Shown piece after piece: positions 27,641-40,866 of a stretch of 64,000 bases of DNA; position 1 is the stretch's first letter; each line of letters starts with the position of its first letter. Under the pieces are notes generated by a model. The model was not told the origin of the DNA. It saw nothing but the letters and a program-made list of their open reading frames with translations, and searched no databases. The stretch lies in contig CM022665.1 of assembly GCA_012295275.1 (NCBI GenBank), forward strand, positions 33,976,001 to 34,040,000. Direction: 5' to 3'. A program made the position numbers and the translations under genes. The DNA comes from Chrysomallon squamiferum. Taxonomy: Eukaryota; Animalia; Mollusca.

Positions 27641-30209
27641 ATGTCTGAGTCTATCTGTCTCTCTCATTTTTTTTAAGAGAAAAAATGAAAATAATGCAAG
27701 CGTAAAAATCAATTTTTTCGTCAGTTATCGTGTTTGTGTTTGAAATTTATGATAATAAATCGCTTCTCAAACTCTTTTTTGCTCGTCCAGTTTTTCATGC
27801 AGGTGTGAGTTTGGGTGACTAAATTCCGTCTTTGAAGTTATTGTTGTTCTTGCACTTTGTAACATTCCGCACACCCCATGTATATTTAAAGGTAGAGTTG
27901 AAGTTTATTAAGTTTTCCAAGTGTGTGAAACAGCGGGCGAAGAGCGCAGCGGGAACTATGCGGTTAAGTGGCTACCTGTCAAATGAACGGATAAATGACT
28001 TCGAATTTTAAGAGAAATGACACCTGCAATTTCACTTTTGCATTCAAAGTTGACTTGCTTATTCTATGGGAACAAATTAGGCATAAAGTGACGGCCCATC
28101 TGCGCTGTGGACAGTTCGCAGGTGTTCGAGTCGACCTGTGTAACAGGGACCCTTATGTCATGTCGTAGTCACAACCTAGTGACATCACGTACAGCGAAAG
28201 TCCTTATGTGTACAAAAATTACTTTAAAATTTAATATCCAAGTAAGATTTATCATCATCATCAACATCGTCATCATAATTATCATCATAATTATTACTGT
28301 TGTTGTTGTCTTGATGGTTGTCGTTATTGTCACTGCTCTGGCTGTCCACAAGAAATTACCACTTCTGAAATTGTATAAAATAAACTATTTGTATCGTCAC
28401 AACATCACTAAAGGTTCAAGGATATGTTTTGTGTTGACTCGATTATCTGCCAAGGTCAGTGTTAATGTTATACTGTTTTAGAACATTATTTAGAAAGTTC
28501 CAAACACATGTTGGTTAAACACAACACAATTAGTTATGGTTAAGAGCGGTGCGTGGATACGACCCACGAAGTCATCAGCTTCAGTACCAATACATATCCC
28601 CTTATGCAACATCCAGACGTGTAGTCATTTAATATTTCATATAAAAGAGACACAAATATCTAGATTTATATACATTTACAAAAACACACTGCACGGACTT
28701 CTGTTACGTTATTGATAGCTAATGAATGTAAGTAATACATTTAAATGTCTTTTTAAACAGATACGCCACTGTGTACACTTTCCTGTATTCCCATGCAGGT
28801 GTTAAATATGTATCCGTACGTGTTGACATCTGATACACACCTTTACTTTATTACTGTTATTTTGGTACTTTAGGATTAGCGGTTGTAATCTATTTTTATT
28901 TTATTTTATTTTATTTTTATTTTTTTTTCCTTTGGTGTCCATTTTCATAACACGACAATGTTTTAGTATTCAACAAGTGTAAATTTTATTTTATTTCATT
29001 TTTATTATTATTAAATTTATATCAGCGACATTTAATTAACGCATATTATATAACTCTGTAAATAATGTTTTTAAATTTAATTCATTATTGTTGATTATTA
29101 GTTTATATATACTTTTGGACTTCAGTTTACAAACATATATTTTAGAATTACTGGATACAGAATCTGGGATTATATCTCCTGTTACATGGCATCATTAATA
29201 TTGAAAGAGGCCATACAGATACCGAGAGAAGAAACCCACTGGCAACATATTCTTCTTAGGTTAGCAAAATGGATTCATTACTTAAACCCTCCCTTAGACT
29301 TGAAATTACATACGATATATGATAAAGCAGCGGAGCAATATTTTCTTAATTTACCATAGAGTTCACCATTCAATGTTTTATCACGTGAAAGATTGTGCAG
29401 ATTTAACTGTTTGTCAACAGTTTGTTTAAGTACTTGTTTTGACAGGTGACTAGTGGAACACCTGTTGGGATGTCACCCGATACGACGACAGCAGGAGTCG
29501 ATGTCATATCATATAGTTAACTACCAATGTGGACACGTGCACTGTCAACAACAATGTCAAACGTCTCCGTTGAAGTGTTTTGAAGTCATTAAAATAATTT
29601 TTTACCTGTTATTGAACATCGAAAAACAGAAAAGAGAGAGAGATAAGAATGAAAAGGGAGACAGAAATGGAACAGAGGGACGGAAAGATACAAGAGGAAA
29701 GGAAAAAGGAAGGAGAAGAGTAGGAGGGAGAGATAAATTCCATATATAAATAGAGAAAGCTAATATTGTAAAATATCATTAAGCTACATGTCACCTTTAT
29801 AAAAATAAGATAAAATATCTTTCATTCACTTTTTTAATACTATTATCGTTTAATAATAATGTCTTTAAATAACAGAAATTTCGATAAAATTGTTTTGAGA
29901 ACTTTAATGGCGCTAGATAAAACGGTTAAGGTTTTATAGCCATTTTAGATTTTGTGATTTACAATGGATACGATATAAATCAAGCCATTTACTTTGTTAT
30001 TAAAGTCAAATTTTTACTTTGAAGACATGTATAAGTGTATATTAAGTAACGAAATTAAATAATTTAAGGACTCTAAAATCTTCTAGACTCCACCCCCCTC
30101 AAAAAACAAAACAAAACATGGTTTATTATTATTATTATTATATATGAAACTCGTGCAAACAAAACAACCATTCAGTCCGTCCGTCCATAAGTCCATCAAT
30201 TCATCCATC

Positions 30210-30405
30210 CATATATACATATACACATATACATACATCCACACATACATACGTACACACATATACATACATCCACACATACATACGTACACACATATAC
30301 ATACATCCACACATACATACGTACACACATATACATACATACATAAATACATACATACACATGCATATATAAATATACATACATACATACATACGTACAT
30401 ACATA
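30210..30405. repeat. (CATA)-derived minisatellite with three 34-bp units
   Basis: The unit is ATACATACATCCACACATACATACGTACACACAT. The CGTAC marker recurs at 30252, 30286 and 30320 (period 34). Confidence 0.9.
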
Positions 30406-30408
30406 TGT

Positions 30409-30575
30409 GTCTCGGTGGCCGAACGGTAACATCGTCCGCCTTCGGAGTGCGGGCGAATGGGTGCCATACGTTCGAGTCTCGTCGACTGCATCTGAGGTTG
30501 TGATTGGACTTTGTCCTCCTGCGCCAGTGCGTTCCCGAACATTGTCTATATGCAGAGTCTATTCAGGCGTACATA
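30409..30575 (+). mobile_element. tRNA-derived SINE (tRNA-Arg(TCG)-like head)
   Basis: Pol III A box TGGCCGAACGG (30416-30426), anticodon-loop-like CTTCGGA and B box GTTCGAGTC (30470-30478). The variable region is expanded, there is no proper acceptor stem, and a unique body follows. It sits within CATA repeats. The 3' boundary is approximate. Confidence 0.75.
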
Positions 30576-30669
30576 CGACAGAGAATATTCAAAATCCTAA
30601 ACTACATATACACATATACATACATCCAGACATACATATTCATTCTGCTATATTCTATTATACTCATTT

Positions 30670-30742
30670 TATTCATTAACCTGTATAAACAGCAGTGTGT
30701 GAAATGTTTCATGCTGTGACTTTGTAATTTCGGTATTTTTCA
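30670..30742 (+). repeat. Dispersed repeat, copy 2 of 2
   Basis: TATTCATTAACCTGTATAAACAGCAGTGTGTGAAATGTTTCATGCTGTGACTTTGTAATTT, in the same orientation as 9711-9782. Confidence 0.85.
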
Positions 30743-31488
30743 TCATACATTCGCATACACATATACAAAGACCCAAAGAATATTTAACAAATCAAGGAAC
30801 GCACTATATCTCAAAACATTTCACAATACAGTCGTCTGAATAAGATTACAAAAAGGAAATTTTAAAAAGAGATAACTTTAATAAAACTAATCATCACGTT
30901 TAAAAAATATATATCTCTTCGTTCTCACAATATATTATTTATACAAATTTACTTCACAGAAATACGTATGCACCACGCAAACATACACTCATTCAACTCA
31001 GTTACTCACAAATACACATCTCTATATAGTAAAGGTAATCAAGCTTACATACTGTCACACAGAAACACGCAAACTAATCATTTATCATGGTCCAGCAATT
31101 GAAGTCTCTTTCTCCTACTATCCATCCATCTATTTATAGGTGTATATTTAACTGTATCTTTCTAACTAGATCTTTCTATCTTTCTGTGTATGTCTCTCTC
31201 TCCCTTCTATGACTGTCCCTCTTTCTACCAGAATTTTTTCTTATAATTAAACAATTCTTTAATAAGCATTAATGCTTGAACTCATACGTATACCATGCAC
31301 ACGCACAGCATACATACGCATCCATCCATCTATTCATTGAGCCATGCATTCTTCCATTCATATATATAAACATATCTATGTACATATATACGAACAAACG
31401 CAGCACATACATGCCTAGATAAATACATAGTCATACATTCACACACACACTTGCATAAATATAATCACATACATACATACATAGATAA

Positions 31489-31524
<36 letters not shown>

Positions 31525-32746
31525 TCATACTCGCATACATAAATACGTACCAAAATTTTAATTTCGTAATGATTTAAATTTTTGTAACGAAATACTCCAA
31601 CCACACAATACATACACATTCATTAAACACATCTACGTTTACAAGTTTCAGTTGTAACGTATGGTGGTAGCGATGCCAGGTATGACGCGACGAATTCTCG
31701 CGACCTCGATGGTCCGCTAATGTATATCGCACTTGACGATCTTCTAGAACAAGTATCAGCTTTCTTACGTCAAGCAGGTGTGAGGCGTGTAGGGTGTCTT
31801 CGCTTCTGAAAGACTTCAGTATTAATGGTAGTTGTGTAAAGCACCGCATTCCGACAGTAAACATATAAGTATAACCCGTGCGTTCGTGAGACCATCTCGG
31901 ATCTGTCATCTGTGACTCCTGGGCCGCGATCCTTGAAGTTTTGGGTACGTCGCCGAACCTCTCGGCCTCCTCAAGGATAGGACTGATCTATCGTGAATAC
32001 CTATCTGTGACTGTGCATTTTCTCTCCGGCAATGCTGTCTTCCATTGGAAGATCTGTCAAAGCTGTCTAATTCTTTGACACCTTATCCCGTGAAATACCT
32101 ATCAACAGATATCGATTGTCGTCGTCAATGTGCTTCTCATTCGGTTCAAAAGGTTTGCTTGGACTCCTGGTGGTGATAGTCTGTTTTGTCAAATACCTGT
32201 TGATGGGGGCTATCCGCTTTCTGCCGAACATGGTTTTTGCCTTCAAGGGTCAGTGATGCTTTTACGACGAAGTTCTGTTTGCTCGCTGGCACAGGCACAC
32301 ACAGAATGTGCTGTCGTCACCTACTCGAAGCCAACACTGCTGTGGTGGTCGCGGGAAAAATGTCAGACTTTTGTTTCGTTTCCATTTACACGGAATACAC
32401 ATCACTCTTATTTGTGATTCAGCACATTCTTCTCTCGAGTTTTGGTATTTTACTAAATAAATGATTTGACACCTTTCGGATTATTCACCCCCCACCAGTA
32501 TATATCCTCCAACAGTATGCCCCCCTTCCACATTTACATACCGTTAACATTATTCATATACGAGTTCGGGGTATTCTAGGACACTCCTGTTAAGATTTAT
32601 CTTCAATAGCTGTCATTTGTGTATGAGTTATATGTGAACGTTGACAACAACATTGTTTTGTTTTTTTGTTGTTTTTTTGTTTTGGATTCTTTTTTTTGTT
32701 TTTCTTTTTTTTTCCCATAGGATAAGATTTACTTGTTTAAAACACA

Positions 32747-32747
<1 letters not shown>

Positions 32748-32785
<38 letters not shown>

Positions 32786-32830
32786 TATGGTTGTTGTTGT
32801 TGTTGATGTTGTTGATGTGTTGTTGTTGAT
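32748..32830. repeat. (AAT)n(GTT)n microsatellite
   Basis: Read directly from the sequence. Confidence 0.9.
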
Positions 32831-34740
32831 GACAGTAGTGGAAGCGGTGTCTTCGTGTTGTGGTTGTTGTGTTTCTGTGTTTGTGAGTAGTCTAACAATT
32901 AAATTTAATAACGAACAGTTGTGCAGAAACAATAATAAAGTTAAAAAATAGAACAACCCGATACAAACACTTACAAGCTATATAATATTACGCTTTTTAC
33001 ATTACATATTTTTCTAATTCACCATATTTATTTTACCCTTTTTATGCAAGTCGCACGCATATATGCATGGAAAGATATAATATCTTTTTTTCTATTGACG
33101 CCTCTCTCTGTGATAATTTTCCCTTTGTTATTGTCTCAGTAGTTGCATTAAAGATGGATAATCAAAATTGTTAAATAATTCTGACTTTTTCAACAGTAAA
33201 TTTATATTTTTAGATCAAAATTTGTAAATAAAATGTTTTATTCACTAATAAATGTTCTGCCATATTAACTCTGTAACGACGTCAAATAATTTCAGATTGT
33301 TGAATCTTATTAATCTGCTCTCTAAAAAGGGAACCAAGGAGAAATATAAAATGAGAATAAGTGTGAATAATACCATATGGAGAAACAATTCATGTATTCA
33401 CACTAAGCATTTAAATACATGTTTATACTTCACTGTGAACAAAGCCATACGTTCGTCCCCCTTCTATTTTTTTTTCTTTTCTATTTTGGATCTTTTTTCT
33501 CTCTCTCTTTCCCTCACAGAGTAAATAGTTTACAAAGATTAAATCTCAACTACATTTTTCTATCTCATTAAATGAAATCGGGGTCGAAATACGGCTTTTA
33601 TGAATAACATGTATTTTTCCCGTTAAACACCTTAAAACAGCGAAAACGGCCACCTATTGGTATTAAGGATCACCCTTTGTGGTGCTAAGTCAGAGACACA
33701 ATGCGTGAAGATGTATTTTACAAATCTGGTTGACAAGTGTGAAATTACACACACAATGTCTCACCCGAACAAGGGAAACACACAAGTGAGTGGGTTGGTA
33801 CGCACCAACATTTTTCTCTTTTATCATCGCCTTGTCGTGAATGGACCTCCAGGAGAATGGTTGGGGGACATTGGTGAAGCTAAAGGTTTGCTTCCACCCT
33901 GTCAGTTCGATCAGTTGGGTGAAGTGAGTGGTGTGATAATGTCCTTAATTTGAATTTCCATCAAACAGCTTCATCATTTCCTCTGTGGAAAGTTTATTTT
34001 ACACGTGTAAAGAAAGAGGATGAAAAGATCTAATGTTTTATTTGTTCAAAATCTGATAATGGGTGCTGGCTTTTTTCTTTATTTGTTTGTTTGTTTTTAA
34101 TATGGTCGTAAGATCTTATCCATTTTTTCCCCTGGATTCTGTTTTTGTACAGAAAAGCGAAACGAAATTTTGGTAAAAGGATATTTATTTTCTTCGGAGT
34201 TGGGTGGGGAGAGCTATTTTTAAAAATACGTTTTATCTTCTTTTTTTTTCTTTTCATTTTTTTTTTTTTTTTTTTCGATTTATCAACCTGATTTTTCAAT
34301 TTGCCCGTGATGTGATGGATTTTATTTTCATTCAGTGCACCTGTGCCTATATACAGAAACAGTTGTTCAACAAGGTGTAAATGGTGAAAGAAACTCTATA
34401 TATTAAATGTTTATAATAAAATAAATCCACAAAAAGTTTGTTTACCGCAAGTTACTTGTTGTTCTTTCGTTTTATGTTTTTTTCTTTCAACTCAACCACA
34501 AGCTAAGTACGTATTTGATTATTTATAATAATACTAGGAATGACAGTACAGATAAATATTGTATGATATGGTAAGTAGAGGAAGCAAAAAAAAAAAAAAA
34601 TCAAAAATCAAAAAAATTATAAAATAACGCTAATCACCATATGTGCAAATATGTACATATCAATATGTTGTGTGTATATGTCTGTGTGTATACATGTGTG
34701 TTCTTGTGTATATGTATGTATTTACATACGTTGTTAATTT

Positions 34741-34750
34741 ATTACTGTTA

Positions 34751-34807
<57 letters not shown>

Positions 34808-34885
34808 CCATCATCATTAGAAGTGTCATAATATCCATCATCATCGTCGTCGTCGTCGTCGTCGTCGTCATCTTCATCATCATAA
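34741..34885. repeat. (TTA)n and (TCG)n/(TCA)n microsatellites
   Basis: Read directly from the sequence. Confidence 0.9.
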
Positions 34886-35545
34886 CTTATTTATCATTCT
34901 TCCTGAAAAGAACCATTTCACCAAGAAATATGTTTTATCCTCTAATAAAAAAATTTATTACACATTCTGACGTTATGTTCCTCTCTTTGTACCGGTTTCG
35001 TGTGTTCATCTTCTTACACGCCAGCTTGTTTACGATGCACCAAACACAACACCTGTGCCGTAAAAGTAAACGTGTTTATTATGCACATGACTTTAAGGCT
35101 ATGGCATTGGAAGAAAAAGAGAGTGTGTGTATGTTTGGTTGCCAGCCATTTCATGGTTGATGTTTATCTGTTACTGCCTTTGAGTTGGGAGTTCATATCA
35201 TTAATTCTTGTCACTTAGACTTAAAACTGTGTTTCTAATCATCGCTTTTTTAAGTCATTCGGTATATGATTTTTTTCTTTCTTTCTTTTTCTTCTTTATT
35301 AATCGTTAAATGTTCAGTAATTTTTTATTTTTTTATATTTGTTATCTTTTTTTAAATGGAATGTACTGTTATTATTTCCAAAAGGTTAACACGTTTTTTT
35401 TCAACATCTAAGCCTGTCATTTTATCTGTGATGCTAGATGTGAATGTATTTTGGATGCAAAGTAGAGAAGAGGAATAATGATAATAATAACAATAATAAT
35501 AATAAAAGGCAGTGGTTGAAAGTTAGAGAAAGAGAGGAAAGGTAT

Positions 35546-35548
<3 letters not shown>

Positions 35549-35624
<76 letters not shown>
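35549..35624. repeat. (GA)n microsatellite
   Basis: Read directly from the sequence. Confidence 0.97.
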
Positions 35625-35627
<3 letters not shown>

Positions 35628-35806
35628 CATGTTTTCATGTTTTAACTGGAAACTAAATTCATCTTAATAATCGTGATGCTTTGTCTGCTTCACCCTTCTT
35701 TTGTTCGTTAAAGTCAACAAAATGAACGAACGACTAAAACAGAATATTATTTTTAAATGTTAAAACATCTAAAAAAAATATTGTTTTTTATTTATTTATT
35801 TATTAC

Positions 35807-35855
<49 letters not shown>

Positions 35856-38800
35856 CTTTTAAGGCAAGGCATGAAACTAAAAACTGACTGTTTCAGTATG
35901 CTGTACAAACAACCGAGGTCTGATGCCGTGCTATATTGTCCATGGCTGTGTTAAAACTAAAATTAGGTAGATTTCCATGTCTTGTATAAATAATCGATAT
36001 TTGATGACGTAACATGTTAGTGTACGTTAAACTAAAACCAGTCTGTCGAATAGATAGCCGATGTCTGATGTTGCGTGATGTTGTCTATCTCTGCCTGTCA
36101 GGTCAGTCTGGTAATTGAGTTTACCTCTCAATTGATATTACATGAAATTCACAATCTCTTGCCAAAGGCAAATTCTTTATTGTCGATATAAATCTCCTTT
36201 TATACAGAAGAAACTATTTTAGAAATGTTTAATTGTTTCCTTGTTCCAGTTATTATGCCATCAAATGATCAATTTAAAACAATCCATCCATAAACTTCCG
36301 GTTATATTTTTATCTAAATTCCCCCGGCGTTTTCTGCACATCGTAAAAATAAAAGATACAAGAAGAAAATCAAAAGGACACACACAGAGCGATTATCTTA
36401 TCAATCAAACACATCACAAACTGCAAGTAATACAATCATGTTTTTGATCATGGATGATAACAGAAGTTTTTTTCCCCTAATCATTAGTACATTATTGTAT
36501 TATATCACCACATGCAAATATTCTGAAAAGGCAGTAAAAACTGAATTGACGTAAGACCGAACTGACCCACGCAGCGTTTTCTTTCTTTTATTCTTTGTAC
36601 ATTAATTGTTAAAAGAAAAGCGACATGCAAAGATTGTGTCAAATGACTGTATATATGATATAAACAATGACACATTGATAAAATATATACTTTCATAATT
36701 ACATATCCGGATGTCAGGATAAATCTAATCCTTACATTGTGTAGCTGAGACCCCTTTCTGTGTTGCTTGTCGGAAAGTCAAAACAAAATGCGTTGTTTTT
36801 AATTACGAATGTTTTGCAGTATTTGGCTTTCCAGTGTTAAAATTAGAATAGTTAACGTTTTTTTTTTCTTTATTTATGCTATTGTAATTTGTATATTTTA
36901 TGTTGTTATTGATGTTTTGGTACGTCTGTTGTAGTTTTTTTTTTTTTTTTTTTGTTATTGAATCGTGTGAGTTGTTATTGCTGTCTTGTTTCTGTTTAAT
37001 TTGTTACTTTGTTTAGGATAATTATTTTGGTTGTTCTTTTAGTTTCGTTCGTTTTCTTCGTTAGTTTCTTTTGCAAATGATCTTATTCAGGCTTTAAATG
37101 AGAGATTTAGTCGTTGTAAGTAATTATAATATATGAGCTTCAGGATTACAGATTCTTACACTATATAAAATAACCTCACACCAGTTAAAGTAAGCATCAT
37201 AGTTAATACGGACACGGTGTGATCAAAGACAGATGATTCGTCTTAACCGCATATACGCCGTTGGACATGAATTTGCCACCTGATGTCGCTTTTGCCCTGA
37301 AGATGAACATTGAATGATATCTCTATTCTTGAAATAATTTATGTATTTATAAGACCACACGCAGACGTTAATGTATACCTGAAAAAGTAAATGACACGGT
37401 TTTTAAATCATTCTATAACAATAGCATTCTAATCCTTTGGCATGATGACAGCACGATATTATTTCGGCTAGTAAAAATAAAAATGTACGTTTAAGCAACT
37501 CTGAATTGTTTTCCATTCTTTCTTAACATAAAATGGATTTGTATCACGGAATTTGATAATGGATGGAATGGTAAATAATCAAACTGGAGAAGATAAATTC
37601 TTTCATCCGTCAAGTTTTCGATATGTTACTGAGCTACCACCAGCCTTATTGGGATGTAATTACGTAATTTCGCGCCTTCTCTCCCATAGATATTTATTTT
37701 ATTATTAATATTTTTTCTTTGTTATTTTTGTTCGTTTGTTGTTTGTTTGTTGTTTGTTTGTTTTTTTGGTGTTTTTTTTATAATGAATATCATTTCATCT
37801 TTAACATTATATATATGCCATTTTCTTGAAATCTTTTAATAGTGGTAGTCGTAAATGGTATTTGTTATTTTTGGTTTAGTAACTATAGAATATGGATGAT
37901 AAGCATTTATAAGACAATACAGATCTCTTTTTCAGTTACTATAGAACTGCAGAATCGATTATTAGTGCCACATTTCTCATTTTGGTCAATACCTTCATTT
38001 ACAAAAGATAATGGCATGTTCTTTCATCTGCGAAGGCAAACAGCTTCCTCTCTCATGTCATCATTTTAGATAAACCATATGACATCTAATAATCTTTAAT
38101 GCGAAAATGTGTTGAGGTATCATAAAGAAAATATACATATTCTTTTACGGACTTTGTAAACCAAAGTTTTAAGATCTGATGTCCGTGTATTTCAGTTTAT
38201 GTCGTACGTTTTTCACTTCTGCAACGTGAAGCTTTAAATTTTCCATACGTTGCAGTTGAAATTTTGTGAGTTTATTTTTACAGCATCGTGAGTCAACAAA
38301 ATTTATCTAGTTGTTTGTTAACTGTTGTAGGTGTTTGTTTATGACTCCTAGAATAAAAAGATAATCTTCAAGTGATGTCTTTAACAATATTTGTGAAATT
38401 ATTACATCATTTATGGCTTATATTAAAACTGAATAAGAAAAGAGTAAGTAAGAACTGTAAAAAAATGCAAAGCAATATTTAAAAAAATTCGCAAGAGATT
38501 AATAATAATAAAACTGATAATAAAGAATTCGTTGTTACACGATCAGAATAGATATATTTTATCTGTTATTCATACATACGTATATGCACGCACGAAGTCA
38601 GTAACATATATCTGATAAATGAATGCATGATAGAAAAAACTAAATGTGTTTTAATTATTCTGTCATCTGATAATTTTAACTATGTTAACGAAAACCCAAA
38701 CTGAACTCTCGTATAGCATTATCGAACATGACACAAACATAACAGAAAAGGTAAACAGTTCCGTTTTAGACTATATATTTTAAAAACAGTGGGGGTGGTG

Positions 38801-39804
38801 AAATAAATAGAAAAGACAAAAAAAAAAGACACCTGTTTGAGCAAGGGAGCGTGTGCTTATTTGTACAATGCTGGAGATACAAAGCCGACGACATTTACGT
38901 TGAAACACGTTTTTTCTTGTGTTAAACTAGCCAAGCATCCAACAGAACTATATAGGTTATCCCCAAACACCGAACGGTGACGTATCCAACAAAACCCCTC
39001 TTTGTCAAGATCTCAAAATATATTTAAATTTTTTTTTTAAAAAGAGAGAAACAAATTTAAAAATAAAAAGAATAAAGAAAAAGAAAATAGGTTCTTCGTT
39101 ATTTCGCTGGTTATTATCGGTTAAGTTTAGTACCTTTAACTTTGTTTAGAAGATCGCCGACTTTTCACTTTCAAAGGTTTTAAAACATACGTGACCCTCG
39201 AGTCATCGTATGGATCATGTTCTCTTCTCCGAGTTATTCCTTCAGGTGTGTGTATGCATGTCTGTCTGTCTGTGTATGCATTCCTGTCGAAACCGTGTCG
39301 TTCTGAAAATATTTGCACTCCTTTTGGTAGAAGGCATGAAAACGTGTAACTCGAAACTTCACGTTTCCTCTAGCTATGCTAAGTTCATTATTCGAAGAAG
39401 CGGGACAGATGAATGCCAATCTCGCCAAAGTCCGATCGCGCTGTTTCACATCAATAATAGGTCTATTTTCCTTCTCATTCAGTTCTGAAAAAGATTTTAA
39501 AAAATAATAATAATACATAAAATGAAACATAAAAAATAAAAAAGGAATAAAAATCGTTCCATTTTGAATAGCTTAGAACTTTTTCCTTTACTTTCTGCAG
39601 TTAATGGTTATTGCTGTAGGACATGACAGCGCTGTTTCTGTTGGTAATAGCTGTTTGTGTTCCTAATGGTTGTCGAGTTTTTTTTATTCGTGATCACAAA
39701 TCCACAGTATCTTTAAAAAAGAAGTTATTTCTATTATCTATTAGAAATGTAGTGTTCACGGAACATAAGAGTCGTGTTTTAATTACGGTACTAATTTTTT
39801 TAAA

Positions 39805-40866
39805 CGTCCTCCCAAAAGTCAGACATCCCATAACGCAGACGCATTAAAACAACACAAGACACAGCTGAGCACATTACTAATGACCTGCCATTTACCTTGA
39901 ATAGTACATATAATAAATAATGGAATAGTTCGATACAACTAAATACAGAACACAGAATAAAATTATATCTAATTAAATTTATTTATAGATTTTAACATGT
40001 CCATTTGTCGCATTTTTATCCTAATTTTAAATCCGGCATCATCATCTACCCTTGTAGAAACCATTTAATCATTTAATGTCTCCGCCTGTGCAACATCAGG
40101 TCCGTTATCCATGGCTTCAAACCACGTATCTTGCTACGATTTGCTCATCTGTAGAAAACACAAGCATGTTATCTTCATTTCCATTGCTAAATAAAAGGTA
40201 GCGTCTCCGTCATATTTCTTTGTACATGGTTCTTCTATGCTGACATCGACTCTAGTCTGTGGTAGGGCAGTGGTGCACTTCCCGGTACACATTTTTGTCA
40301 CACATCTCCAATGAACATTTTCCCTTCTGGTGCGATTCGTTGCAAATAGAAATCTGTCCAGTATTATTTGTTGTCTATCTTTTTGTGACTGAACAAATTC
40401 TACCCTTCTAAGATCAGCCATGACTATAAAATTTTAGTCTGTTTTTGGTAGGTACATGTAGTTAATGTATAAGAACTTTTATATGTTATGTCTGTGATTG
40501 TCTACAGTTTAAATGTAGATCAATGAAATACAAGACATTGGTCGTCAGAGACAACATTGTCTTACTGACGTGAAATGAACTGAATACGGATTGCAGTGGA
40601 GAAGCCCATGAACTAAACTCTAAACACAGGGACTTCATAAACCACAGATCTTTACATTTGTTAATTCTGTTTAGCAGATTACAGTTAAGTTCTCCTAGTA
40701 ATTTGTGTGGAATTGGTAGATATAATAACAACAACAAGCAGTAGTATGCTGAACAGACTGGAGCAGTACCACTAAAGCAGTCGGGGGTGTACATGACCCA
40801 TTAAAAAGTTTTGTCTATCAAAAGGCATGTCTGCATTATGGGATGTCTGTCATTTGGGAGGGAACC
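39805..40866 (-). mobile_element. Internally deleted Mutator-like element (MULE) with both TIRs
   Basis: Left CCTCCCAAAAGTCAGACATCCCATAACGCAGAC (39808-39840) versus the reverse complement of 40829-40861, CCTCCCAAATGACAGACATCCCATAATGCAGAC: 30/33 identical. The TIRs enclose transposase remnants. No clear TSD is visible. Confidence 0.85.
40026..40421 (-). pseudogene. FLYWCH-type MULE transposase remnant
   Basis: MADLRRVEFVQSQKDRQQIILDRFLFATNRTRRENVHWRCVTKMCTGKCTT is a FLYWCH-like zinc finger. It is followed by LPQTRVDVSIEEPCTKKYDG and, frameshifted, RYLLFSNGNEDNMLVFSTDEQI, then QDTWFEAMDNGPDVAQAETLND*MVSTRVDDDAGF. These are typical pre- and post-catalytic MULE segments, and the DDE core is absent. 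Confidence 0.8.

Noticed and set aside
30409-30490. Functional tRNA-Arg gene
   Set aside because: There is no acceptor-stem pairing, the variable region is oversized and no terminator follows, so it is called as a SINE head.
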